The position numbers and the translations under genes were made by a program. Below the pieces are notes generated by a model. That model saw nothing but the letters and a program-made list of their open reading frames with translations, was not told the DNA's origin and made no database searches. Shown piece after piece: positions 43,909 through 53,339 of a DNA stretch of 64,000 nucleotides; positions within the stretch are counted from its first letter, which is position 1, and every line of letters starts with the position of its first letter. Source of the DNA: Candidatus Saccharimonadales bacterium (GTDB lineage Bacteria; Patescibacteriota; Saccharimonadia; Saccharimonadales; EFPC-124); the NCBI GenBank assembly GCA_050730875.1, contig JBOHNX010000001.1, positions 141,827-205,826 on the forward strand. The letters are read 5' to 3'.

Positions 43909-44966
43909 CGATTTTGGTTAAGTTGGTAGCGCACGACTTCCCATATCCGGGGGTCGCCGTTTATTTTGCGCCAATACCACCATTCTGCGCCCCATAGGTC
44001 AATGCGTTGGATATCGAGCTGTCGAGCGAACTTGAAGACTCTTGGTATTTGTGTGATGCTCATCGATTTATCCTGTTCCGCAATGCTCAGCAAGCTAGTG
44101 TCGTATGGCCCCCACGGTTCCATTTGGAGTTCGTGAATCATGATTGGTCGGTTATGCATGGCTTTGATGACCGCAGCCCGCAAACGGTGGTACCAGATTG
44201 GTGTTGGGTAGGTCACGTAACCGGCGGGCGGGACTTTATCGTTCCAGATTATGCGGTACACCGAAAAACCGTATTCGTCAGGCACTGGTTTGCCGAGCGG
44301 CAGGCCGTGTTGGTCGCTGAGGCTCATGATGATCTTGTGGTTTGGATCCCACTGCTTCAGAAGAGCGAATTCTTCAATCAGTCGCTGACGGTCTGGCGGG
44401 TCGCAGGTACCAAACCAGTTGTTCATGCCCTCGTTTTCTAATTGCCAACTGTCGAGTGCCGGATGGTTTTTATATCGCTCGGCCACTATTTCCATGTAGG
44501 CATATAGCGCTTGCTTCCATTCGTGACCGCTGAGCTGATCGGCCCAGGCTGGTTGGTGGCACTCTGGCCAGCGTGGTTGGCGTAGACCCATACCGAGACT
44601 TACTTTTGCGCCGCGCTTGGCGGCTTCGTCCATCTGCCAGTCTAAGCTTTCAAAGTCGAACTCCCCTCGCTCCATTTCGTGCAGGTCCCAGTAACTCATA
44701 AGGCGAAATCGGCGTAGCTGTAAATCGTCGAGCAGCGCTTGAAAGTTTGCCTTCCAATCGATGCCTAATTCCTGGGCGCGTTTTTGTGAAAAGCTTGCGC
44801 CATAATCAGGGTTTTTGATAGGTGTAAACACAAAGGCGTTAAGAAGCGCAATAATCACCAATAGGGCCGCCAGCGTACCACCTGTAAAGATGAGAACACG
44901 GAACCACAGCTGCGACCACAGCGTAGTCAAAAAAGGGGTCTTGAGGTTTTTTGTGTTTTTTGCCAT
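43905..44966 (-). CDS. membrane-anchored clan GH-A (TIM-barrel) glycoside-hydrolase-like protein
   Basis: N-terminal TM helix. WQLENEG is acid/base-type NE. IHELQMEPWG is a candidate nucleophile Glu. Confidence 0.5.
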   Translation of the reverse strand: MAKNTKNLKTPFLTTLWSQLWFRVLIFTGGTLAALLVIIALLNAFVFTPIKNPDYGASFSQKRAQELGIDWKANFQALLDDLQLRRFRLMSYWDLHEMERGEFDFESLDWQMDEAAKRGAKVSLGMGLRQPRWPECHQPAWADQLSGHEWKQALYAYMEIVAERYKNHPALDSWQLENEGMNNWFGTCDPPDRQRLIEEFALLKQWDPNHKIIMSLSDQHGLPLGKPVPDEYGFSVYRIIWNDKVPPAGYVTYPTPIWYHRLRAAVIKAMHNRPIMIHELQMEPWGPYDTSLLSIAEQDKSMSITQIPRVFKFARQLDIQRIDLWGAEWWYWRKINGDPRIWEVVRYQLNQNR

Positions 44967-45046
44967 TTTGCCTTAGTCTACCGTAAGCACTATCAAAACG
45001 CTAGATAGCAGCGTGAAAAGCGTATCTCTGTTATACTCAAAGTAAT

Positions 45047-46333
45047 ATGAAAATTGGCATTTTTACAGATACATATCGGCCGTCAGTCAATGGCGTCGTC
45101 TACGTCACAGAGATCCTGCGGCGTAACTTTGAGGCGCTGGGACACGAAGTATATATTTTTGCGCCCGCCGCAACATTAAGCAGCAAGAGCGACGATGACC
45201 ACATTATTCGCTTCCCCGCCATTTCTGGTGTCGTGTATGAAGAAAGCAATCTCTCGCTCTTCTTTCCGCCAATTGTCCTCAAACGGATTAAAGAGCTGGA
45301 TTTAGATGTCTTTCATTTTATGGTACCAGGCCCAGTTGGTCTAATGGCAATTTACGCCGCGCACAAGCTTAACAAGCCGGTCGTTGCCGAATACTGCACT
45401 GATTACTTTGAATATGTCGAACATTACCCAAGTGCTATCCCAGGTATTATCGCTCTTGGGCTGACGCTTCCCTTCACATTCAAGGTGTCGCCAAGCGAGC
45501 TGCTGAGCATGCTAAAAGCTGGCCGGCCACGTATTGGCCTGGGCAAATGGAGCCAGGGGCTGGTTAAAAACCTGCTGACAGTTATTCATAGCCACTGCGA
45601 CGCCGTTATTGCACATTCGCGTAAAAGCGCCCATCAGTTAGAAAGCTGGCAGAGCGAAAATGATCGTTATCCTATTCATATCATTCCAACCGGCGTCGAT
45701 CCTTTACCGCAACCCAACAAGGCTGAGCTTCTTGCATTTAAACAGCAATGGGGTATCGGGCCGCAAGATGAAGTGGTGGTGTCGATTAGCCGCCTGAGCT
45801 CCGAGAAAAATCTTGATATGTTGATCGATATGATCGCCGAATTGGTGAAAGAGCGCCCCAATGCCAAGCTGATGTACGTGGGCGACTTTGACTACCGCCG
45901 GGTTTTGGAAGAAAAGGCGCAAAAATCGCCTGTAGCTGATCGCATTATCTTTACCGGAAAACTACCGCGCGAAACGCTTGGTGTTGTCCACGCGAGTGCT
46001 AAGGTACTGGCGTTCCCATCTTTAACAGATACCCAGGGGCTGGTTCTACACGAAGCGGCACAATCGGGCTTGCCAATTGTGATGATTGACCAAGAAGTGA
46101 CCGAAGTTGTGCACAATGGCGAAAACGGCTACTTCTGCCAAAACGATCCGGCCGATATGGCTGCAAAAGTCGCGGCAGTTCTAGCCGACGGCGAAAAGTA
46201 CGAGCGCATGAGCAAAGCTAGCCGCAAAATTGCCAAAGAATTCTCAGAACAGAAACAATGTGAAGAAATAATAGAAATTTATGAACGAATTAGCGCCAAA
46301 ACTACATCTGAAGCGGCACAGCTTTCAGTATAA
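45047..46333 (+). CDS. GT4-family glycosyltransferase
   Basis: MKIGIFTDTYRPSVNGV N-terminus. C-terminal FPSLTDTQGLVLHEAAQSGLPIV. Confidence 0.8.
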   Translation: MKIGIFTDTYRPSVNGVVYVTEILRRNFEALGHEVYIFAPAATLSSKSDDDHIIRFPAISGVVYEESNLSLFFPPIVLKRIKELDLDVFHFMVPGPVGLMAIYAAHKLNKPVVAEYCTDYFEYVEHYPSAIPGIIALGLTLPFTFKVSPSELLSMLKAGRPRIGLGKWSQGLVKNLLTVIHSHCDAVIAHSRKSAHQLESWQSENDRYPIHIIPTGVDPLPQPNKAELLAFKQQWGIGPQDEVVVSISRLSSEKNLDMLIDMIAELVKERPNAKLMYVGDFDYRRVLEEKAQKSPVADRIIFTGKLPRETLGVVHASAKVLAFPSLTDTQGLVLHEAAQSGLPIVMIDQEVTEVVHNGENGYFCQNDPADMAAKVAAVLADGEKYERMSKASRKIAKEFSEQKQCEEIIEIYERISAKTTSEAAQLSV

Positions 46334-47153
46334 CGGTTTCACAACTGTTTATTGGCGCGCCGAAAACGGTGCGCCCCCGCTCATTTTGTTGCATGGTCTT
46401 ACGGGTAATCACCTAGGACTTTTGTGGTTGGCGCAGCAGCTCCCACAATATGATGTGATTGTGCCTGACATCCCCGGGCATGGCGAATCACCAGTGCCGG
46501 ACCAGTCAGCTACGATAGACGACTTAGCCGATTGGCTTAAAGTTTTTGTGCAGCAATGGCCAGATGCTGTTATCGTTACTCATTCTTTTAGCGGTGCAAT
46601 TGCGTTGCGGGCGCTGAAGGATAATCCGGATTTGGCTTCACGCTGCGTGCTGCTGAACCCAGTTCCCCAGGTCAGCTTGCTGTCGCGTGCCTACCGCTGG
46701 ATGTTGCAACACTCCCCTGCGTGGGCTAGCCTTCGCATCGAAGCGAGCCCGCTGGTGCAGTTCATAAAGCAGCGCTATATTGTTTTGCGCCGCACGCCGG
46801 AAAACATGGCTATTTACGACTATCTTAAATCTAATGGTACGAATGACGACGAGCATGTTGGCTATTATTTGGCGCTCGGTGCGCACCTGGAAGATCCGAT
46901 ATTTCGCGAACCGCTTGGCGCGTGTGCTTCTAAAGTTTGGTGTGTTGTCGGAAGTAGCGATGCAGCAGTGAGCCGTTCGGGTATTGAGTTACTACGGAGT
47001 ACTTTTGGCGAGAACCATGTGCTCACTTGCCTACAAACCGGCCACCTTATGCCAATCGAGGCGCCAGCTGATACGGCCGGACTTATTGTGCAGGCATTAG
47101 ACGCGTCGACCGAAGAAGCATCCGAACCCGCTACAGAGCATGCTGCGGTTTAA
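46281..47153 (+). CDS. alpha/beta-fold hydrolase
   Basis: PLILLHGLTGNH oxyanion region, HSFSG nucleophile elbow and C-terminal GHLMPIE. Confidence 0.75.
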   Translation: MNELAPKLHLKRHSFQYNGFTTVYWRAENGAPPLILLHGLTGNHLGLLWLAQQLPQYDVIVPDIPGHGESPVPDQSATIDDLADWLKVFVQQWPDAVIVTHSFSGAIALRALKDNPDLASRCVLLNPVPQVSLLSRAYRWMLQHSPAWASLRIEASPLVQFIKQRYIVLRRTPENMAIYDYLKSNGTNDDEHVGYYLALGAHLEDPIFREPLGACASKVWCVVGSSDAAVSRSGIELLRSTFGENHVLTCLQTGHLMPIEAPADTAGLIVQALDASTEEASEPATEHAAV

Positions 47154-47713
47154 AGATCGTTGCTTCGCCAACGCCCATCGTTTAGTTTAGGCTGACATAC
47201 AGCCCAGAGGCCGCGTTTGGCATCCTGCGCATCTGCCTGCGAGGCCGCAAAGTCGGCTTGTTTTTGGAACTGGAATGATAAGTAAGCAAAACCGTAACCT
47301 TCGGTAATTAGCTTTTGGTTCAGAAGCGTACCGTCCGTTAAATAAACATAGCGTAATAACCGGTTGTAGCGGTCGCGGTTGTTGCCGATTGGGTCGGCCT
47401 CCAGCCGCACAGGCTTACCTTCTACCGTGCGTTTTGTGAATTCGCTGGCCTCTGGGCCAAAGCACTGTACGGGCGAACTCGGATGGTGGGTTTCAGGCGT
47501 ATCGACGCCGATAAGGCGGATTCGCTCACTCGCGCCGTTCATATCAACAGTAAACGTGTCGCCATCCGCAACTTCGGTCACGCGGTAGTAACCAGGCTGC
47601 ACCGGTGACTCGGGGATAGGAGGATTCGTGATGGCCTGGTAGCCAAAAACAATGAGCAAAATGATAATGCTGATAAGCGCGCTAACAAGTTTGGTCGCCT
47701 GCCGTTTGGTCAT
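47150..47713 (-). CDS. membrane-anchored thermonuclease (SNase family)
   Basis: VADGDTFTV...RLIGVDTPETHHP...DRYNRLLRYVY. Confidence 0.85.
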   Translation of the reverse strand: MTKRQATKLVSALISIIILLIVFGYQAITNPPIPESPVQPGYYRVTEVADGDTFTVDMNGASERIRLIGVDTPETHHPSSPVQCFGPEASEFTKRTVEGKPVRLEADPIGNNRDRYNRLLRYVYLTDGTLLNQKLITEGYGFAYLSFQFQKQADFAASQADAQDAKRGLWAVCQPKLNDGRWRSNDL

Positions 47714-47756
47714 GTATCTATGGTAACTAAAAAATGCTCCGGGTGGAGCCTTTTTG

Positions 47757-48125
47757 TTAAGACGATGCTGCTAGTCTTTCGGGATCGAATGCAATGCCAC
47801 CGAGCGCGCTGAGCGTTTCAGGTTGTGGTGTACCGTTAGGCTTTTCCGTGCCGTTTAGTTTGAGGACCTCCGAGCCTAGTTTGTGAATTTTACCATTATG
47901 GCCATTTGATTTGGCAAGTTCTGGTACACGATCAGGTATTTTGCTTACGACAAATGCCCCATTCTCCCAGCCGTATGTCACTCGGGGCGCAGTCTTTGTT
48001 TCAGAGCCGGTTACAATGCTTTGGTAGTCAGTAATGACGGATTTGATAGTTTGGCCGTTATACTCGCATTCTGGAAGCCACCCGTATGGCGAATCAGGAT
48101 GCGCAACCCTGCTTGGAAATGCCAT
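47757..48125 (-). CDS. hypothetical protein
   Basis: 122-aa ORF with no recognisable motif. Confidence 0.4.
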   Translation of the reverse strand: MAFPSRVAHPDSPYGWLPECEYNGQTIKSVITDYQSIVTGSETKTAPRVTYGWENGAFVVSKIPDRVPELAKSNGHNGKIHKLGSEVLKLNGTEKPNGTPQPETLSALGGIAFDPERLAASS

Positions 48126-48287
48126 GACAAATAAATGCCCTTTCGTTTATTAGCCCGTCGTGAAAAAGCGCGGCGAGATTTTTATGAAACTGGAGCCTAT
48201 TTTACTCCTCTCGTTTGGACTGTCAACTATAATTATGTTGTAATAATAAAAAAGAGACACATCACAGGTGTCTCTTTGCATAGCAAT

Positions 48288-48857
48288 TTAGTAATCGATG
48301 CCTTCGTTGGCGAGGAATTTTTCGTCGTAGTGGTGTTTTATTTTGGTCATGTTGGTGGCGATATCGACTTTGGGTAGTAAGCTTTGCGGGAAGTGGCGGC
48401 CGGTGAGACAGAGGCTGGTTTTGGGATGACGTTTTGTGAGGAGGTCGTCTAATTCTGGTTCGTCCAGTAGGCCGTCGCGCGCTGCATTGTTGATTTCGTC
48501 GCAAATTACGAGGTCGTAGTCGCCGCTCGTGGCAGCTTCCAGCGCGAATTCGTATGTCTTTTGAGCAGCGTTTTTATGTTCTTCTTCACTAACCTCTTTA
48601 GCGCTGAGCTCGCCAGCGTTAAAGAAACCTTTGCCGCCCTTGTAGAATGTCAGTTTATTTTTAAATACTGGTTCGATCTTGTGGATGAAAGTGTGTTCGC
48701 CGACTTCCCAGTCTTTTATGAATTGTACGTAGGCGACCTTCCAGCCGCGACCTAATGCGCGGCACATCAGGCCGATTGAGGCACTGGTTTTGCCTTTGCT
48801 GTCGCCGGTGTAAACGACAACGACGCTGTCTTTGGTTTTATAATCTTCAAATGCCAT
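48288..48857 (-). CDS. cobA: cob(I)yrinic acid a,c-diamide adenosyltransferase (CobA/BtuR/CobO family)
   Basis: VVVYTGDSKGKTSASIGLMCRALGRGWKVAYVQFIK...DLVICDEIN...LCLTGR...KHHYD. Confidence 0.85.
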   Translation of the reverse strand: MAFEDYKTKDSVVVVYTGDSKGKTSASIGLMCRALGRGWKVAYVQFIKDWEVGEHTFIHKIEPVFKNKLTFYKGGKGFFNAGELSAKEVSEEEHKNAAQKTYEFALEAATSGDYDLVICDEINNAARDGLLDEPELDDLLTKRHPKTSLCLTGRHFPQSLLPKVDIATNMTKIKHHYDEKFLANEGIDY

Positions 48858-48869
48858 GTAACTCTTAGC

Positions 48870-49592
48870 CTAGCGCGGCAGCAGTGATTGTTCAAATTGC
48901 GAAATCGGGTCGTAGATGCCTTGCTCTACCAAATAAGCCTGCACTTGTTTGTCGAGACCGGTGGCTACAAAGATGCCGACTGCGATAAAAATGATACCAA
49001 GCGCGCGGCGGAACCAACCCTTTGGATTGGCGGCCCACTGAAGCTTAGTAACTAATTGTTGCCCTAGGATCGCAATAAGCAGGAGTACGAGCGATAAACC
49101 TATCGCATATGCTGCAAGGTAGCCTAGCCCGACTGCGAACGATGCTGGCAGAATGCTTGCCACCACAAAGGCATAGGTCGGACTGCAGCTACTGAACACT
49201 GGCCCTAACGCAGCACCGGTTAAGATTTCGCCGCCTAAGCCCTTTTTGCGTCCGGCCTGGCCAAGTAATTTGCTTGAGGTGAGGTTAAGCCTGGCGCCAA
49301 TTCTCTCCCATATGCCCGGGATTAAAAATGCTAAACCAAGTAGGACGATGATAACGCCAGATACGATCTGCCACACGTAAGCTGGGATACCAAGTAACGC
49401 AGTACTAGCTTTGAGTAGCAGTGTAAAAGCAACCACTGATACCGCAAGGCTGCCGGTGATAACAAATGGTTTGCGCCAGTTTCGTTCTTCGCTGACAGCC
49501 GCCCCACCAACGACAATTGGTAGCAGGGGCAGAATACACGGTGCTAAAACTGTCAGTGCACCGGCCAAGAACGAAAAGATGAGTAGCTCCAT
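48870..49592 (-). CDS. ccdA: cytochrome-c-biogenesis/thiol-disulfide transporter CcdA (DsbD family)
   Basis: FLAGALTVLAPCILPLLP, a second Cys in FSSCSPTY, and 6 TM helices. Confidence 0.85.
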   Translation of the reverse strand: MELLIFSFLAGALTVLAPCILPLLPIVVGGAAVSEERNWRKPFVITGSLAVSVVAFTLLLKASTALLGIPAYVWQIVSGVIIVLLGLAFLIPGIWERIGARLNLTSSKLLGQAGRKKGLGGEILTGAALGPVFSSCSPTYAFVVASILPASFAVGLGYLAAYAIGLSLVLLLIAILGQQLVTKLQWAANPKGWFRRALGIIFIAVGIFVATGLDKQVQAYLVEQGIYDPISQFEQSLLPR

Positions 49593-50056
49593 TACCTACC
49601 TAGTGCGTCCAGTACGGTATTTAATGAGGGGTCATCGTAGGCAACAAATTTCTTTACTAGGTTACCCTGCGCGTCGACTTCCACAACTGTGGTTTGCAGC
49701 GTGACACCGTATTTCTGTTTGAGTTCGTTCGAGCTGTCGTAGTCTACTTTGAATATTGTCATGCCTGAGGGCACGCCTTGTTGCTCGATGCTCTGTTCAA
49801 GCTGGCGACACTGTGGGCACCAGGCAGCATGGAAGAATAGAATACGGCGTCCTTCGGTTTTTGAAAAATCGGCTTCCGAATAAGTTTTGTAGGCTCCGGC
49901 TTGCTGCGCAGGCTGCTGAGGGTCAGGCGTCGACGTTTCTTGCTTTTGTGGTGTCTGTGGTTGCTGATTTTGCTGGCTGGCAACGAGCGCGTACGCCACG
50001 GCGGCAGCAATTAGGAGAACTATAGCTACTACGACTACCCAAACACGTTTATTCAT
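49592..50056 (-). CDS. membrane-anchored thioredoxin-like protein
   Basis: FHAAWCPQCRQLE (CxxC motif) with an N-terminal TM helix. Confidence 0.8.
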   Translation of the reverse strand: MNKRVWVVVVAIVLLIAAAVAYALVASQQNQQPQTPQKQETSTPDPQQPAQQAGAYKTYSEADFSKTEGRRILFFHAAWCPQCRQLEQSIEQQGVPSGMTIFKVDYDSSNELKQKYGVTLQTTVVEVDAQGNLVKKFVAYDDPSLNTVLDALGR

Positions 50057-50089
50057 ATAAGCATCCTTTTACTGCATTTATTGTAGCAG

Positions 50090-50641
50090 CTACTCAGCGT
50101 TCCGCCTTTCTTTCCAGACGTAGAGCATGGCGCTAAGGGTAAGACCCACTTCCTGCATTTGTGCCCCATTTGCCGATTGGAGCGCTGCCGCCACCGCGCG
50201 GGCAAGGTCGGCACGTTGTTCTTCATAATCATCGAGGAGGAAGAATAATTCGCGCCGTAGCTCTTTGGTTTCTGGATCTATCTGGTCATTCGAGCCCAGG
50301 AGGTTCTGCTTTACCCAATCCTCGCCAGCCGCTTTCAAAGTTTCTAGTGCCAGAAGACGCTTTTTGCGCGCTTTTGCACCTACGACACTTGCTTCGAATG
50401 CCGTCTGCAGTAAGTCGCCTCCGCTAGGTTTTGATTCGAGACCTTGGAGCTTAGCCTTTATGTAGTTATCAATTGCTTCATCACTAAGTTTTGTATCGAA
50501 TAGCGCAGCTTCCCCATGTGTCCTGAGAGCTTGCTCTGCTTTTTCTGTAATCGAAATAACCTCTGCGCCTTTTGGCGGCTCTGGAGCATTAGCAAACTCT
50601 CCCACCCTGTTTTCGTTTTGGTGGTTATGCGGCTGGCTCAT
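50090..50641 (-). CDS. hypothetical protein
   Basis: 183-aa helical ORF with no recognisable motif. Confidence 0.45.
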   Translation of the reverse strand: MSQPHNHQNENRVGEFANAPEPPKGAEVISITEKAEQALRTHGEAALFDTKLSDEAIDNYIKAKLQGLESKPSGGDLLQTAFEASVVGAKARKKRLLALETLKAAGEDWVKQNLLGSNDQIDPETKELRRELFFLLDDYEEQRADLARAVAAALQSANGAQMQEVGLTLSAMLYVWKERRNAE

Positions 50642-50650
50642 GGTTCCCTC

Positions 50651-50935
50651 CTATTGCGCCGTAACTTTGTCGGCTAATGCTTCGTCGATTTTTTGCCTAT
50701 CAAAACCGACAATTACTTTATCGCCAATCGTAATAATAGGTGTTACCGCTTGACCAACGGTGTTCACAATGTACATGAGTGCTTCTTGGTCGACGCTCAC
50801 GTCGCGGTCGGTGTAGCTAATGCCTTTTTGGTCGAAATATTCTTTGGCCATGTGACAAAACGCGCAGGTAGGGCTGGAATAAATAACTACTGCGTGGCCT
50901 GCATTTGCTGGTGATGCTTGTTGTGAGTTCGTCAT
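50651..50935 (-). CDS. glutaredoxin/NrdH-like redoxin
   Basis: VVIYSSPTCAFCHMAKEYFDQKGISY...VTPIITIGDKVIVGF. Confidence 0.85.
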   Translation of the reverse strand: MTNSQQASPANAGHAVVIYSSPTCAFCHMAKEYFDQKGISYTDRDVSVDQEALMYIVNTVGQAVTPIITIGDKVIVGFDRQKIDEALADKVTAQ

Positions 50936-50971
50936 AAAATAACCCTTTATTTAGGTCTTATTAAAAGTATA

Positions 50972-51178
50972 TCAGGTTTGGCGGGTAAGATGCCAGCCGC
51001 GACAGCCCGCCTGACAGCGGTAGACGCGCAGCTCTACTCCTGGGCTTAATAATTCTTGCTCGGTTTTAACAGCTTCGGCTTCAGTTTTTGAATTGTAACG
51101 CCGTTTGCCACCGCACATGCGGGCAGGTTCGGGCATAGTGATATGACGGCGACGGGTCATGATTTTAGTATAGCCCAA
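50972..51178 (-). CDS. small Cys-containing (zinc-finger-like) protein
   Basis: MCGGKRRYNSKTEAEAV...RVYRCQAGCRGWHLT. The start is ambiguous: TTG at 51178 with a GGGGAG RBS, or ATG at 51160. Confidence 0.45.
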   Translation of the reverse strand: MGYTKIMTRRRHITMPEPARMCGGKRRYNSKTEAEAVKTEQELLSPGVELRVYRCQAGCRGWHLTRQT

Positions 51179-51277
51179 ACAGTTGCACTCCCCTAAAGAG
51201 TTGGTATACTAGCTAAAAGAAGATGAAACAGCGTCAGTCACGGCCGGTTATTGTTCAATATGCGTCGGAGGTATCCG

Positions 51278-52138
51278 ATGTTTAATTTTTTTGCGTCCGC
51301 TGAAGGTCCTGGCGTTCCCCTTGCTGCAGAGCCTGTAGTCCATCTTGGCCCGTTAGCTATCACGAATTCAATGTTGTTCGGTATGATTACTGCCGTTGCG
51401 GTACTGGTGTTATTTGCGATGGCCGCTCGCCGTACTAGCCTACGACCGAAGTCTAAATTTGCTTTTACAATCGAAACGGTTGTTGAGTTTCTACTTAATA
51501 TCGCGCAGGAAAACTTTGGTGGCGACCGTAAAAAAGCCCTCAAGCATCTACCACTTCTTTTGACCCTCTTTACCTTTATTTTGATTAGCAACCTCTCGGG
51601 CTTGCTCCCCGGTGTTGGTACGGTTATGACTCAAACACCCGAGGGCGAAGTGCCGCTGCTGCGTGCCTTCACGACTGACCTTAATGCGACGTTGGCGCTT
51701 GCGGTCCTTAGTATTGGCTTGGTGCAGTTCTATGCTATTAAAGAGCTTGGTATCCTCGGCCACCTCAAGCACTACTTTACCGACAAGCCATGGAACCCAA
51801 TGAACCTGTTTATTGGCCTGATTGAGGTTATGGGCGAGTTCATTCGCATCCTAACACTCAGCATGCGGTTGTTTGGTGTTATTTACGCTGGTGAGGTGCT
51901 GCTGCACGTCATTGGCGAGCTGGCCGGCAACTTTGGTTGGGCGGCTACCATTCCTGTATACCTGATGGAGATTTTCTTTAGTGCCATCCAGGCTTACCTA
52001 TTTGTGATGCTCACTACCGTATACCTCAGTATTGCCACGTCGCATACCGACGAGGCGCATCCGGTTGGTGAGGATGAAGCAGAACATTCGCGCGCCCGAG
52101 AACCTAAACTGGCGGCCGCGGATGCTAGCGTTAAGTAA
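51278..52138 (+). CDS. atpB: F0F1 ATP synthase subunit a
   Basis: A GGAGG RBS lies 6 nt before the ATG at 51278. Has the conserved LSMRLFGVIYAGE motif. First gene of the atp operon. Confidence 0.9.
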   Translation: MFNFFASAEGPGVPLAAEPVVHLGPLAITNSMLFGMITAVAVLVLFAMAARRTSLRPKSKFAFTIETVVEFLLNIAQENFGGDRKKALKHLPLLLTLFTFILISNLSGLLPGVGTVMTQTPEGEVPLLRAFTTDLNATLALAVLSIGLVQFYAIKELGILGHLKHYFTDKPWNPMNLFIGLIEVMGEFIRILTLSMRLFGVIYAGEVLLHVIGELAGNFGWAATIPVYLMEIFFSAIQAYLFVMLTTVYLSIATSHTDEAHPVGEDEAEHSRAREPKLAAADASVK

Positions 52139-52158
52139 AAAATAAGGAGTTACATTAA

Positions 52159-52377
52159 ATGCAAGAAATCGATCCGAATCTGATCAAAGGTCTGACCATC
52201 GCCGTTGGTGCTATCGGCCCAGCAATTGGTGTTGGTCTTATCGGTTCTTCGGCTGTGAAGTCGATTGGCCGCAACCCAGAAGTACAAGGTAAGGTGCTCT
52301 CAGCTGCCTTCATTATGGCTGGTTTGGTCGACGCCGTACTCGCCTTCGTGCTATTGATTGTCTTCACCACAAGCTAA
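52159..52377 (+). CDS. atpE: F0F1 ATP synthase subunit c
   Basis: 72-aa hairpin proteolipid: GAIGPAIGVGLIGSSAV...RNPE...MAGLVDAV. Confidence 0.9.
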   Translation: MQEIDPNLIKGLTIAVGAIGPAIGVGLIGSSAVKSIGRNPEVQGKVLSAAFIMAGLVDAVLAFVLLIVFTTS

Positions 52378-52394
52378 GTTTAGGTTTTTAGGAA

Positions 52395-52937
52395 GTGCAA
52401 AACATTCTAGGACAATTTGCAGAAGCTGAAGCCTCTGGCGGTATTGCCGCCTTGGGGCTTAACTGGCAGTCGTTTCTGTTCCAGCTGATCACTTTTGTGA
52501 TTGTACTGTTGATTCTGCGTCAGTTTGTCTTTAAAAAGCTGGTTACCACGCTTGAAGACCGTCGCTTGACGGTCGAAAAAAGCATCGAACACGCCGCCGA
52601 GACCGAAGCAAAGCTGAAGCAGGCCGAAGAGAAAATCGCCAAGATGCTCGCTAGAGCCCGCGACCAGGCCGACGAAGTTGTTGGCGCAAGCCACAAAGAA
52701 GCTGCTGGCATCGTTGAAGCTGCGGAAAGCAAGGCTGTAAAACGTGCCGAGCACATCGTAAAAGAAGCAAAAAGTCAGATGGACGTCGAGATTACCAAAG
52801 CTCGTGCTGCTCTGAAGGCCGAGACAGCTCAACTTGTCATGGTGGCGACCGAGCGCATTATTAAAGAGAAGCTCGATGCCAAAAAAGATGCTGCGTTAAT
52901 TGATGATGCACTCAAGGGTGCAAAGGAGCGCGCGTAA
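52395..52937 (+). CDS. atpF: F0F1 ATP synthase subunit b
   Basis: One N-terminal TM helix followed by a long charged helix. Operon position supports the call. Confidence 0.85.
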   Translation: MQNILGQFAEAEASGGIAALGLNWQSFLFQLITFVIVLLILRQFVFKKLVTTLEDRRLTVEKSIEHAAETEAKLKQAEEKIAKMLARARDQADEVVGASHKEAAGIVEAAESKAVKRAEHIVKEAKSQMDVEITKARAALKAETAQLVMVATERIIKEKLDAKKDAALIDDALKGAKERA

Positions 52938-52940
52938 ACT

Positions 52941-53339
52941 ATGGCTAAAATTTCGCGTCGTCGACTCGCCCGAGAACTCGTCCGTGTACTGAAAGAACAG
53001 CCCGAGCGTCGGCGTGATATTGTGCGCCAAACAGCTGCGTATCTTATCGATACAAAGCAATCTGGTCAAGCGCACTTGTTGGTGAACGACATTGCTGACG
53101 AGTTGATGCAAACAGATGCGCACTTGGCAGCCGAAATCCGTTCGGCCTTCCCGCTTACCCAAAACGCTCGTCAGAACATTACCGCTACCCTGAAGCAGCA
53201 GACTGGAGCTAAAACAGTCGAACTGAGCGAAGAAATAATGCCAGAACTCTTGGGCGGCGTGGTGGTGCGCGCACCAGGATATGAACTCGATGCCAGCGTG
53301 CGTCGTCAGCTTAAGCAAATTACCGGAGGAACAGCATGA
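52941..53339 (+). CDS. atpH: F0F1 ATP synthase subunit delta (short form)
   Basis: The call rests on operon position and the C-terminal [22 protein letters not shown] (OSCP-like). At 132 aa it is shorter than usual. Confidence 0.75.
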   Translation: MAKISRRRLARELVRVLKEQPERRRDIVRQTAAYLIDTKQSGQAHLLVNDIADELMQTDAHLAAEIRSAFPLTQNARQNITATLKQQTGAKTVELSEEIMPELLGGVVVRAPGYELDASVRRQLKQITGGTA